Of a stretch of DNA of 64,000 nt, positions 24,452 through 36,400 are shown in pieces (the first letter of the stretch is position 1; every line of letters begins with the position of its first letter). This DNA is from Zygnema circumcarinatum SAG 698-1b (taxonomy: Eukaryota > Plantae > Zygnematophyceae), in assembly GCA_037447605.1 (NCBI GenBank), contig CM074820.1, positions 682,001 through 746,000 of the forward strand. Direction: 5' to 3'. The notes under the pieces are model-generated. The model worked only from the letters and a program-made list of their open reading frames with translations, searched no databases and was not told the origin of the DNA. Both the position numbers and the translations under genes were made by a program.

Positions 24452-27400
24452 TCAGAGCGAAACGCTACAGCCACCCACGGAGGTGTACTTTAGGGCGCCG
24501 CCCGGCCTCTAGTACTCACCTCCGGCGCTGGCCGAGTGGGGCTGCCAAGGCGCCGGGACCACCTAGGACCGAGCAGTCTCAGATCTAACCTTGGCGGTTG
24601 CTGTAAGGGTTCGGCGCGGCGCGTATAACAGATATATATGTATCGCTGGCCGCCGATGTGGTCAGGGACGGAATCCCGACCACATCTCCCTTACGTTTGA
24701 ACGCAACCGCCGCCCCACAGCTACGGGTTACCGCTGGTACGACGGATCGCCGCCGACTCAAGGCCGCCGTATAGGGATCCCGACCGGGTGGTAATCGACA
24801 AGATACGGGCGGCGCCAGCTGTCAGCGCGCCAGCCAGCGAATGCGCAGCATTCAGACGCTGTACACCTCCTCACCCATTCGAGTTAGAGAGAACACGCGG
24901 GCGGCCCCGCCATTGACACCGGCTCAATCCTCCATGCTGGTAGGAGGTCTGGACGGGGAAGCTGCAGTGGGCGGTGACCTGCCGCCACCCAACCAACGTA
25001 CCGCATACGTTGCACGCCATCCCGGCCCCTCGGCCTCGGGTTTCCCCTCTCTCTCTCCTCGTAGCCCTCCCATTCTGAACTCGCTTTGCTGAGTGGCCGG
25101 GTTGAGTGCACCTCACAAGCAGGCCTAGCTAGGGCTGTAGATTTCAAATTGCTACATTGTATCAGAGGCCGCCAAGCAGGCCTTTGGGAGAACCTAGGGG
25201 TCATGGTGACTACTCGCCGGGCCGAGGGGACCCGGGCCTCGGGCCGCCACCTCCACCTCCCGTTCCCCGGGACGAGGAGATGGAGGAGAACTCGGAGACT
25301 ACGCCCGTCCCTATGGAGGGGCCGAGTCCCGAGCCCACGGGTGATCAAGGTCACCCGGAGACCACCGCCCCTCTCCCCACCCAACCGGAGCCCGTGGCTC
25401 CGGTAGAAGCCTCAACTGGGCCCTACCCCATGATCGCCCACATCACCACAGGGCCGCCCGTAAGATGAGGAAATCGTGATTGGAGGATCCGGGGAAGATG
25501 TGAGGGAGCGTAACGTGAATGCTGGAGTTTCAAGGAAGGTGGATCTATTATGGAGCTCACGGTCCGGCCGCCTGGTGGACACGCCCAAATGGAGTTCCGA
25601 GCCTTTCGGATGTGTTCGGCGATCGAGGAAGGTGGGCGCTCAACCCCCTCAGCCGCAGGCAAGTGGATGCAACAGGCCCGGGAAGGGGTTAAAGGGGCCA
25701 CCGTAGCGCCGCTCGGCCCCGGAGCTACCTTCAACCGTTGCCGGAAGCAGCCGCGTAAGTCCGACTCCCTGGTTTTTCCACGGGGGGGAGTCACCCCCAC
25801 GGGGGTGGCGAACCACCCAGCAGTGGGGGACCCCCGTCGGGGGCAGCTGCTGGGGGCGGAGGAGATCCCAGTCCTCGGACTGCTCCCCCGCAACCTACTG
25901 AGGATGCCCGACGGAATCGGGCCAAGGTGGCCCCGCTTTCCTTTTGGGGCGAACATCCTACCACGGACTGCTCGATTGAGCAGTGGTTGGGTCAAACTAA
26001 GGGTTACCTTCTAGCACCAACCGCCCCTCTCCAAAGGTAAGCTTTGCTTACCAAAGACCGAGGGAGCCGCATACCGCGGTAGTATGAGGGCCTCCTCCTG
26101 GCGAGATTGGGGACGCGATTGGACAAGTTCGTAGATGAACTTATCAAAACACTTTGGGCCTTGATCCCGCTTGAGGCCCGGATAAGTTTCAGAACATGGT
26201 CCAAACCGGCAGCGTCAAGCAGTTTCTGCGAGACCTGCGACAAGTGGTACCTCAGATCACCACTCACAAGCCTAGTCAGGCTGAGTTCTTTTTCCACTTC
26301 AGGAATGGCTTGAAGCCACACCTGAGGAAGCAGCTGAGAACTAACCCACGGACTCTGAAACCGTGGGACCCCGCTGACTCCAAGCTGTACTTTGATGCAG
26401 CCATTCAGTTGGACACCGCCCCTGCAGGCGATGCAGGCCCTTCCCGACCCCAGCAGAGGTCGGGCGACGTGACAGGGTCGTGGAAGGCGGGACCCTCAGC
26501 TCCTGCCAAATTGGCAGGAAAGAGCAAGCGGAAGCAGCCGGAAGTGGCTGCCCGCCCATCCACTGCACGGCCGCAGAAGTTGACTCCAGAGGAAATGGAG
26601 AAGATGCAGCGGGAGAACAAGTGTTTCCGCTGCCGCAAGGAGGGGCACAAGGCTCGGGATTGCCCTCTGAACACCAAGGACAAGAAGGGCAAGGGGCCGG
26701 AAAACCCCAACCCACCAGCAGCTTAGGGGTCGTTGCTGGTGGACATGCTAGGCTAGGGGGAGGGAATGGGGCTGCCATCAGGGATAAAAGACTCTTGTTT
26801 CTTAGAACCCTGGACATTCTTAACTTGGTGGACAGGCCTTTGGGAGTGCAAGATCTCTTTGTGTTTGATGTACTCCCTTCTTCCATTTCTCTTTCCCCTG
26901 CCACTGTAGTGACTCCTTCTGGGTTTATGGATGTCGTGATGAATGGTGATTGGCATGTCTTTATCCTCAATGTCATGGGCGATGATGTTCTCATGCAATG
27001 TGCCATGGCTGCTTTGCATGTCATGGGAAACACCTCCCCTGTCCTTGGGCTGCATGTGCTGGTTCCTCAGCACATGGCAGTTCGCACCTTTCCCAACGCC
27101 ACTTGGCGGTTGGTGAAACAGTTGAGGAAAGGGCACATGTTGGTGCAAGAGATGGAAGGATCCACCAGCTTGCTGGTTGGCTCACCCTACACATTGGTGT
27201 GGAGGACGACTCGTCCTCAACCTTCGCATATAGTGCGATCTATGTTCCACCTTGCCCATCGTGCCATGACCTTCATCGGATCAGCCAATGGTCACCCAGC
27301 AGTTCTACTGCTAGATACTGGGGCAGATGCTAACTTTGTTAGTTCTGCGTTCACCCAGAGATTTGGGTTGACCACAGATCCCCATTCAGAAAGTGTTACT

Positions 27401-30400
27401 TTCGGGGATGGACGCAAGGGCCAGATCTCTGGTAGCGTCACACTCAAGATCAAGCTCCAANNNNNNNNNNTCCTTATCTCTGCTCAGCTATGCAATTGGC
27501 CAAAGCAGTTAAGGAAGGTTGCACCTTGTTCATGGTGCATGTCATGGCAGCCACTGAGGATGTTCATGACGAAGATCAGGAATGGCAGATCACATCTACG
27601 GATGTGCTCTCGGCCGTTCCACCCAAAATCCAACCTCTGTTGGATGAGTTCAGGGATGTTTTCCCTGACGACCTTCCAAGAGGGTTGCCACCATCTAGAG
27701 GAGTGGGGCACACAATCCCTCTTGAGCCTGAGCAAAAGCCGCCTTGGCGGCCGATCTATCGGTTAAGCCCGAAAGAAACCGAAGAGATGCGAAAGCAGTT
27801 GGCAACTTTACGTGAAAAGGGCTGGATAGAACCCAGTCAAAGCCCCTTTGGGGCGCCCATCTTGTTTGTTGGGAAGAAAGATGGTTCGTTGAGGATGTGC
27901 ATTGATTATCGCGCACTCAACAAGATCACCGTAAAGAACCGTTTTGCTTTACCACGTATTGATGATCTGTTGGATCGTCTTCACGGCGCCAGAGTGTTTA
28001 CTTCACTCGANNNNNNNNNNACTTCATGCAACGTGAGTTGCTCTATCTTGGGCATATCTTGAATGATCAGGGTCTTCGGCCTGATCCTGCCAAAGTTTCA
28101 GCGGTAGAAACTTGGGCACCACCGACTGACTTGCATCAGTTGAGGTCCTTCTTGGGATTTGCGAATTATTTTCGTAAGTTCATCCAAGGGTTTAGTAAGT
28201 TGGTTACTCCCTTGACTAATTTGACACGTTCCGGTGTCCCCTTTACATGGGCCCCCTCAATGCCAGGATGATTCAAGGTGTGCGCCCATGCACTTGTTAA
28301 TGCGACCCACTCTCCTCAAGAGAAGGACCCGCCCAAGCCTTATGAAGTGGTTTGTGATGCTTCGATTCGCCTTAAGTCATTTGTTTCAAGACTTGGCCAA
28401 CCTTTAGCGTATGAAAGCCGCAAAATGAATTCCGCTGAGCGCACCTATTCTGCAACAGAACAGGAACTGCTTGCAGTGGTCCACGCCCTGAGGACATGGC
28501 GGTGCTATTTAGAGGGGGCGAAAGCGGTCACGCTGGTCACTGACCACCGCCCGCTGACGTTCCTCTCAACCCAACAGACCCTGTCTAGGCGGCAGGCACG
28601 CTGGTCTGAGTTCCTCCAAAGGTTTGACTGCCAGTGGGTTTATCGGCCCGGAAGGCTGAATGTTGCAGACCCACTGAGTAGGCAGCCTCGGCATCTTGCC
28701 TGGATGGTGCGCTCGTCGACTCGAGTGTTGGTGGAACGAGATGACAGAGGCGAGGGGCCGGCCATCCCCGAGTCTCCGTCTCCAGTATGCTTTGTCATAG
28801 ATCCCTCCACCAGTGACGCAGTCAACCCTCCTGCTCTCTCTGATCTAAGACAGCATGATCCAGGAGTGTTATACTGGTGATCATTTGTTCCTGGATGGCC
28901 AAGGTAATGCCATAAGGACAAAGCGGTGTCTAAGGACGGATTCTGGTACCACGCCAGCGCTTGGTCGCCTGGGCGTCGGGACCGGCATCAAGCAGCTCAT
29001 TCCCCGGTGAGCTGGCATGATCCTCCTCGCATCGGTGTCGCCATGGGAGCGCCAAAACCCGAGGCACCGCCCGAGAGTTCTCGCGGCCCGACTCGAGGGA
29101 TGTAAAAGCGTATGTACTCGCTTGTCCAACTTGTCAACGAAACAAACCCCGCACTGGCAGGATCCCTGGCCAGCTGCAACCCCTCACACCTCCTTTTCGG
29201 AAATGGGATAGTGTGGGTATGGACTTGATCACAAATCTTCCTGTGACCCCTCGGGGGCATGACGCCATCCTCGTCTTTGTCGATCGGCTTAGCAAGATGG
29301 TGCATTTTGCACCAACTAATAAGACAGCTGGGGCCGACGACATTGCACGGTTGTATGTTGATGTGCGGAGCCAGCATGGTCTTCGGCCGTAATTGTGTCC
29401 GACCGCGATCCACCACCACCCGCCATTTTGACGGAAGTGCTCAAAATCGTTGGGACCAAGCAGGCGTTGAGTACAGCTTTCCACCCGCAAACTGATGGCC
29501 AGACGGAACGGGTGAATAGGATCCTGGAGGATTACCTCCGGCATTATGTGGGACCTACCCCGGATGGGTGGGACGAACTGCTCCCANNNNNNNNNNTTGT
29601 GAGAAAGGGTCGATCTTCCCGTCACGAATACCTCGTGAAGTGGTTGGGCTATGGGGTTGAACATAGCACATGGGAAGCCGAGGGCAACTTAACCAATTGC
29701 CAGGAGCTCATCAACTTGTACTGGGAGGCGCAGGCCGCAGGAGAGCGGGCGAGGGCGGCACGGGGGGTTCCCGGGCCGTCCCCGCGCAACTCGGAAAGGG
29801 ACTTGACCGGGATTATCGCTGAGCCCTCCCGGTTATCACGTAGAGTTCGACGCGTGCCGTTGAAACTACGAGCTGCCTTTACTACCCCACACACGTGAAC
29901 GAGGGCGTTCACATTCTCACAGGGGGGGAGTAATGTAGCGAAACGCTACAGTCACCCCAAGGGGGAAGGGTTACTTAGAGCCCGGCGTGGCTTTATGTTT
30001 CCATCCAATGCAGTACCTAACGGTTAGGGCATCGGATACCCTATAGGACGACGGAGGTCCTAGGTTCGAACCTTAAGAACTGGTTCACCCGTGGGGCCGC
30101 CACATAATCTCTATGGGCCCCACGTCAGCGGCCAAGGTCCCCTCCTCTCAGCGTAGAGGAGGATCACGGGCTAACGGCACCACGGGACCAATCCGGTCCC
30201 GCGATTGGATCCCGGGCCACGGCCCGGATCCCCCTTTTGGAATTCGCCGTCCGTCCGTACGTTAACGGTTACCCGATGGTACGGACAGACTGTCGGTCGG
30301 GCCCCGCGCCGCGCGCGTAGGCTCCGACCGTGCACCGACGTACGGCAGCGCGCCGCGTCGCGGCGCGCGCCGCGGAATGCGGCGAGCATTCGTACGTTGT

Positions 30401-30695
30401 ACACCTCTGACCCATGCAGGTCAGAGAGGGACACGTGGCAGTTTGCCATTGGACGGCCCTGCTTCCAATCCTCCATGCTGGTAGGAGGTTCAACGGGGGA
30501 AGCGTATAGGGGCGAGGGTGACTGTCGTCACCCAACCAACGTACCGGCATACGGTTGCACGGCCATCCCGGGCTGCGCCCCACTCTGAAGCGCCCTCTCT
30601 CTCTCTGAAGCCCTCTCATTCTGAACTCTGTTTTGCTGAGTGCTGGTTGAGTGCAATTCCGCGCAGGCTGAAGAAGGTAGATTTCAGCTGTTACA
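24452..30695 (+). mobile_element. Ty3/gypsy chromovirus (family A): LTR ~24452-25156, PBS, gag, pol (PR-RT-RH-IN-chromodomain, gapped and frameshifted), PPT, LTR 29934-30695
   Basis: Zinc knuckle CFRCRKEGHKARDC; protease LLDTGA; [14 protein letters not shown]; RH VVCDAS; IN AFHPQTDGQTERVNR; chromodomain EYLVKWLGY; PPT AGGGGGGGAG. Confidence 0.95.
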
Positions 30696-33481
30696 AGGGA
30701 GGGGATGACCTCGCGCCAGTCCGCCTCCAGCTCCGCGCAGCCGCGAACATACGCGTCCTTGACGGTCTGTATGGTACGTTCTGCAAGCCCATTCTGCCAG
30801 GGGGAGTAGGGGCTAGAGGTGCGGTGAATGATGCGGAAGTCTTGCATGAGCTTGGCAAACGCCCCCTTGTATTCGGTGCCATTGTCAGAGTGAACAGAGT
30901 AGGGGAGAGAGTGACGGTGAATGATGGCCGTCAGGAGACGAGCAGAGTGGACTGAGTGCTTAGATTCTGTCGCGTGAACTTCCACCCATTTGGTGTATCT
31001 GTCCACTGCTAGGAATACCCGAATGTAGCCAGAGGGGGTGCCGAGCTGGGGGATAGAAAAGGTGTCAATGTTCCAATCTTCTGCAACGCCTCGTATCGGG
31101 ATCTCACCCATCTCTAGGGGTTGGCGGTCGGGGGGAGCAGAGCGCTTGCCGCGTTGGCAACGGGTGCAGGTTTCGACGTATCGGCTCACTGCGCCATGGA
31201 GTCCGGGCCAGTAATAGCGCTCCTGCAGCATGGCGACCATCTTCTTCTGGCCAAGGTGGAATCCGGCAGGCTGGGCATCGTGGGCGACATCCAGGATTTC
31301 CATGCGCTCGTTGGGGAAAGGAACAGGAAGGCCGGAGGGGAGGTAGAGAATCTGACCATCATCATCAACAGAGAAGTTCCGAGCGCGGCGGAGCAGCCGA
31401 GCCCTCTCGGTGTCAGTGATAAAAGGGGGCAGTGTGTGAGTCATGACGTAACGCAGAAGAGAGGAGTCAGAGTGAACGTCATTGGCACTGGGGAAGTGGG
31501 GAGGAAGAAAGGGAGCTTCGCCGTCGTCATCCATGAGGAGTTCCCAAGGATCCGCATGAGGGTGGCCGTGGGTGAAGTCAGGGTCTTGCCAGCAATGGAG
31601 GGTGGTGGCCGTGGCCGGAATATCAATCAGCCCATCGGCGAATATGACATCATGCAGGTCTTGATTTGCAATAAAAATCTCGATGGGAAGATGCTCAGGG
31701 TTCAAGAGGGTGGGTGGGGGGATGGGTTCAGGAACGGCCGGATCGTGACAGAGGAGTGGAGCCGACGGATTTCGACTGAGGCCGTCTGCATTGCCGTGGC
31801 TCCGTCCGGGACGGTGAGTGACCTTGAGTACATTATACTCCTCCAACTTCATCACCCAACGTGCAAACTTGGGTCGTAGGGTAGCCATGATGTGCAGCCA
31901 AGTGAGTGGCATGTGGTCAGTCCGAATGACAATGGGCTGGTAGGCTGTAAAGAGCTTAAACTTCTCGAGTGCCCAGAGAATAGCCGCTGCCTCGCCCTCA
32001 GTAGGGCTGTACTTGGTCTCGGTTTCCGAACAGACCCTGCTAGCATAACTGACCGGGTGTTCCCCATCAGAGAATGCTTGACTGGCCACTGCCCCAAAGC
32101 CCGTCTGACTCCAGTCGGCGTCAATGATTGTGGGCAGGGTGGGGTCGAATTGATGCAGACAAGGAGCCTGAAGGAGGGCACTCTTGAGCGCATAGAAGGA
32201 CAGATCCTGCGCTCGGCTCCATTCATAGTGGACTCCGTGTTTCTCCAAGGCATGTAGGGGACGCGCGATAAGGGCATAACCCTTGATGAACCGGCGATAG
32301 AATGAGGTGAGTCCCAAGAAAGGTTTGAGCTGAGTGAGATTCTGTGGAACTGGCATGAGGTCAATGGCCTCAATTTTGTCGAGTGATGGCTTCAGTCCAT
32401 TGATGCCAAGACGATGTCCTAGGTGAGTGATCTCCTGATGGCCCCGCTTGCATTTCTTGGGGGCAATCTTCAAACTCGCACTGATGAGCTGTTGCAGTAC
32501 TTGGTCAATGTGTTGCAGGTGGGAGGACCAATCCTTGCTGTGGAGGGAAGCATCATCCACATACGGTTCGCAGAAGGCACGACAGGGACCGAAGACCTGG
32601 TTGGCCAGGTGCTGGTGAGTTTGGCTGGAATTCTTGAGCCCAAAGGGAAGCACTGTCCACTGCACGAAGCGTGTGGCCGTGCGAAGCCCTGTCTTGCAGC
32701 GATCGGCCTGTCGCAAAGGGATCTGCCAGAAGGACTTCTGCATATCTAGTGCTGAGAACCACTAGTCATCAGGGGAGACGCCATGGAGGATAAGGTCCAC
32801 ATCCGGCAACGTATAGGGATCCCACTTCGTCACTGCGTTCAGTTTCCGATAGTCTCCACAGAAGTGAAGTGTGCCATCCGGCTTTGGTGGCAAAACGGCT
32901 GGGCTGGCCCAAGGTCCTCTCCGGGTTCCATCAATCCGGCAGCCACATTCTCATCGATCTGTCTTTTGACATCGGCCTGTTGAGCAGCGGAAAAGCGANN
33001 NNNNNNNNGGGTGCAGCTATCACCGGCGGCAAAAGTTCTTCCGTCGGTGCACAGAGGGCTGGACCCGGAAGAGCAGGAGGGGGAGTCTCGTCCTCGGTAT
33101 CAGAATTGGCCGATCCATAGGAAGAATGGGGGCTGCCGACCGCATGGTACATGGTGATCTCTGGGTAGGAGACCTGCGCCGTGGCGTGGCGTTTGGGGAA
33201 GGCGGAGGTGGCAAGGGACTCGAGGATGATGGGGAAGGAGCAATCCGTCCCGCCAGCAGATAAGTGCAGCTGACACGTAGAAAAGTCGATTTGTGCTCCC
33301 ATGGCAATGAGCCAATCTGAGCCAAGCAGGATAGAATAATGCTCAGCGGCAGTGATGACCGCATTCACCGTGGCTCCCATCTCGCCAAGGCTGATGATCA
33401 CTTGGGCACTGCCCAATCCTTCATGTAGACTCCCCTCAACCCCCACATATCGGGGAATGGGCTCGAGCGTCTTGTCCAACT
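30696..33481 (-). mobile_element. Family C gypsy pol segment (protease C-half, RT, RNase H, integrase N-part), inverted relative to the rest of the element
   Basis: LPFGLKNS, YVDD, DADWSQTGFGAV, TDHMPL, H-H-C-C integrase finger, SDNGTEY, NGLAERTI; cut after WREVIPS by a family A LTR. Confidence 0.93.
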
Positions 33482-36400
33482 TGTTGTACAGCGCTAGAGG
33501 CCGTACAACTGTTTGGGACATAGACTCTCTGAGCCATGGCCCAGACTCCAGCGCTGACGCCGCTTGACAGAAGGATGGTCAGCGCCGGGCGCTGACGCGA
33601 AAAAAGTCCTAAGTTAAATCATAGTACCGTGACGTGACGATCCGAAACGAAATGTTCGGGCGTACGGACGACGGCGAAACATGACGCGACAAAGGAGCGC
33701 GGAGATCAAAATGTGAACGAAGGCACGACGTGACAAATATTCGCGCGCGACTCGGAACCGAAACTTAGGGCGAGTTTCAGTTCGGCGCGCGGAAAGGTTT
33801 CACGCACACCGAGAAAGCTCCGTTTCGAAAAACTCGCGCGAAGGCGGCGGCGCCAGAGCGCACTCACTCTGAGTGCGCTCCCCTCCCACTGAGCCTTGCC
33901 ACCCTGTTCAGAGACCTCTGCACAGAGGCGCACTAAGGCGCACTGAGAATGCCAAGGCGGACACGAGCCCACGTAGGGGTCTGTACAGCCTGTGCATGCA
34001 GGCGGCCGTGACCGGGTCACGGCCCGGCGAGCTACATAAGCTGCTCCACGGGGAGAAGCTTAGTATCCAGAATCACCCGAGCCTTTATGGGGAGGCTCAT
34101 GCTTACTGCTACTGCACTGGGAGCAGTGCTTCCTGAGTGTAGGTAGCTGTCGGAGGAAGGGTGTGGTAGTCAGGGGCAGCCGCAAGCAACGCTTAGTAGA
34201 GAGCATAGGATAGAGCCAGAGCCGGGAGTAGTTTGCTGCCTGCGCCTGTTGTATCTTTCATTGTATAAAGAAGAGGTTTTCNNNNNNNNNNAAACCCCGT
34301 GAAGAGAGGCGGCGCACCGGGAACATTCTGCAACTACTGCAAGCGGAAGGGACATCTCGAAGCCGATTGTCGTACCAAGAAGGCAGCCCAGGGTGGAGGA
34401 CGACCCAGCGGTGTCCCTCACGGTGACAAGAAGAAAGGCAAGGAGATGTTATGTTTTCAGTGCCAGAAGCCGGGTCATCTGGCCCGGAACTGTCCAGGGT
34501 CAGGGTCGGCTCAGATAGAGGCGAGTAACATGGCAAGTGATGCCAAGCCAGCGGAATTTGTAAATCAAATCTTTATGAATAAAGATAATCTTTCACCGTG
34601 GCTCATAGACTCTGGTGCCTCTAAACATATGTGTGGTGATAAGTCTCTCTTTACAGAGATGACGTTGCTTGACCAGTCACGAGCCGTGACTTCGGCAACC
34701 GGAGACGAGGTCTCCGTCACCCATGGTGGGTTCGTCCAGCTGTCCCCCACAGGAGAAGGGACAGCTTCCAAACTCAGAATTGGTAGTGTGCTTCATACCC
34801 CAACCCTGAAGAATAACTTCTTCTCGGTTAGTCAGATTTGCAAGGGCGGATACGAGGGGGTCTTCCGGGAGGAGTCCTGTAAGATAGTGCACAGAAAAAC
34901 CAGGAAGGTTCTTTGCAGAGGAACACAGAGGGATGGACTCTACTTCCTAGACTGGCTTCCTTCTAGCAAGGAATCCGTCTCAGCCGTGCGTACTGGGAGT
35001 ACACGCAAAGGATCGACGCGAGCCTCTCACGGCCCGTTCAACGATCGGGAGCCTGCCCGCGCCACGATCAGCGCGACGAGCAGAGGACCCGCGCGCAAGG
35101 GAGCGCGCGAAGGCAGTGAGTCTCATCCTGCTAGGGGACGCCCAGATAGCGGATCTAACGACTGCAGTCCTGCCCACGACACGGGGAGCAGCGACAAAGG
35201 AGCCGCGCCCGCCTCGGGGAGGGAGCGCGAAGGCGGGGCCGCGCGCGCTTTGGACAGCGCGCGAAAGGACCGTAGGGACGCGAAACCGAAAAGTGGAATT
35301 TGCGATGGTACGGCAACTTCCGGAACTAGTGACGTGTCACAAAGTTCCGAAGCGACGCGCCGTGACATGACAAGTCGAAATATTCAGAAGAGTACGGCGA
35401 CCGACTTCATTGAAGAACAGGAATCCGTACATGAAGCTTCAGACGCGGCGCAATTGTGGCACCGCCGACTTGGTCATTTGTCGTTTAGTGGCCTGGAGGC
35501 CCTCGCGACACAGAGCCTGGTCCGGGGACTCCCCTCGACGAAGATCTCGACACCAGAAGCTGTCTGCCCCGACTGCGCGGCGGGCAAGATACACCGGCAC
35601 CCTTTCAAGAGCTTTGGAGCGGAGAAGCATCGCGCGTCCAAGCTGCTGGAGTTGGTCCACAGCGATCTATGCGGACCGATCACTCCCGAGTCAAAGGGCG
35701 GTTCAAGGTATTTCATCACCTTCCTTGATGATTATTCCAGGAAGATATGGGTAGTACTGCTGAAGTTTAAAAGTGAGGCGTTTGAGACCTTTCGGACCTG
35801 GCAGTTAGAGGTAGAAAGGCAGACCGGAGAGAAGGTGCAGAGGATCCGAACGGACAATGGAGGTGAATACAGGTCCCTCNNNNNNNNNNAATTCTCTGCT
35901 CACCTCAAGTCACTCGGGATTCGACACGAGTTCACCGCTCCCTACAGCCCGCAAAGCAACGGCGCGGCTGAGAGGGTGAACCGAACCCTCGGTGACATGG
36001 CAAGAGCCATGCTGAGTGAGTCCCCCTTCACCCTCGATTTTTGGGGAGAAGCAATACTCACGGCAGCTTACATCCGGAACAGGTGTCCTTCCAGTGCCCT
36101 GAAAGATGAGAAGAAAGTACCCGAGGAAATGTGGAGTGGCAATAAGCCTACAGTTCAGCACTTAAGAGTCTGGGGCTCGAAGTGCTGGATAGCGGTTCCA
36201 AAGGTCAAGTTAGATACAAAGTTTAGCCCGAGAAGCGAGTTCGGCTACTTCCTCGGCTACAACGCCGACAGCTTGACCTACAGGGTCTGGAACCCTTCCA
36301 CGCAGAAGGTTATGTCAAGCCGTGACCTTCAAGTCGACGAGAATTCCAAGGGGGAGCAGCAGATGCGAACAGGTGTGGAGCCACCTCCCGACATTGAGTT

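Noticed and set aside
30269-30695. C-terminal 140 aa of the 824-aa pol ORF as an extra domain
   Set aside because: It is chance read-through into the antisense strand of a family A LTR.
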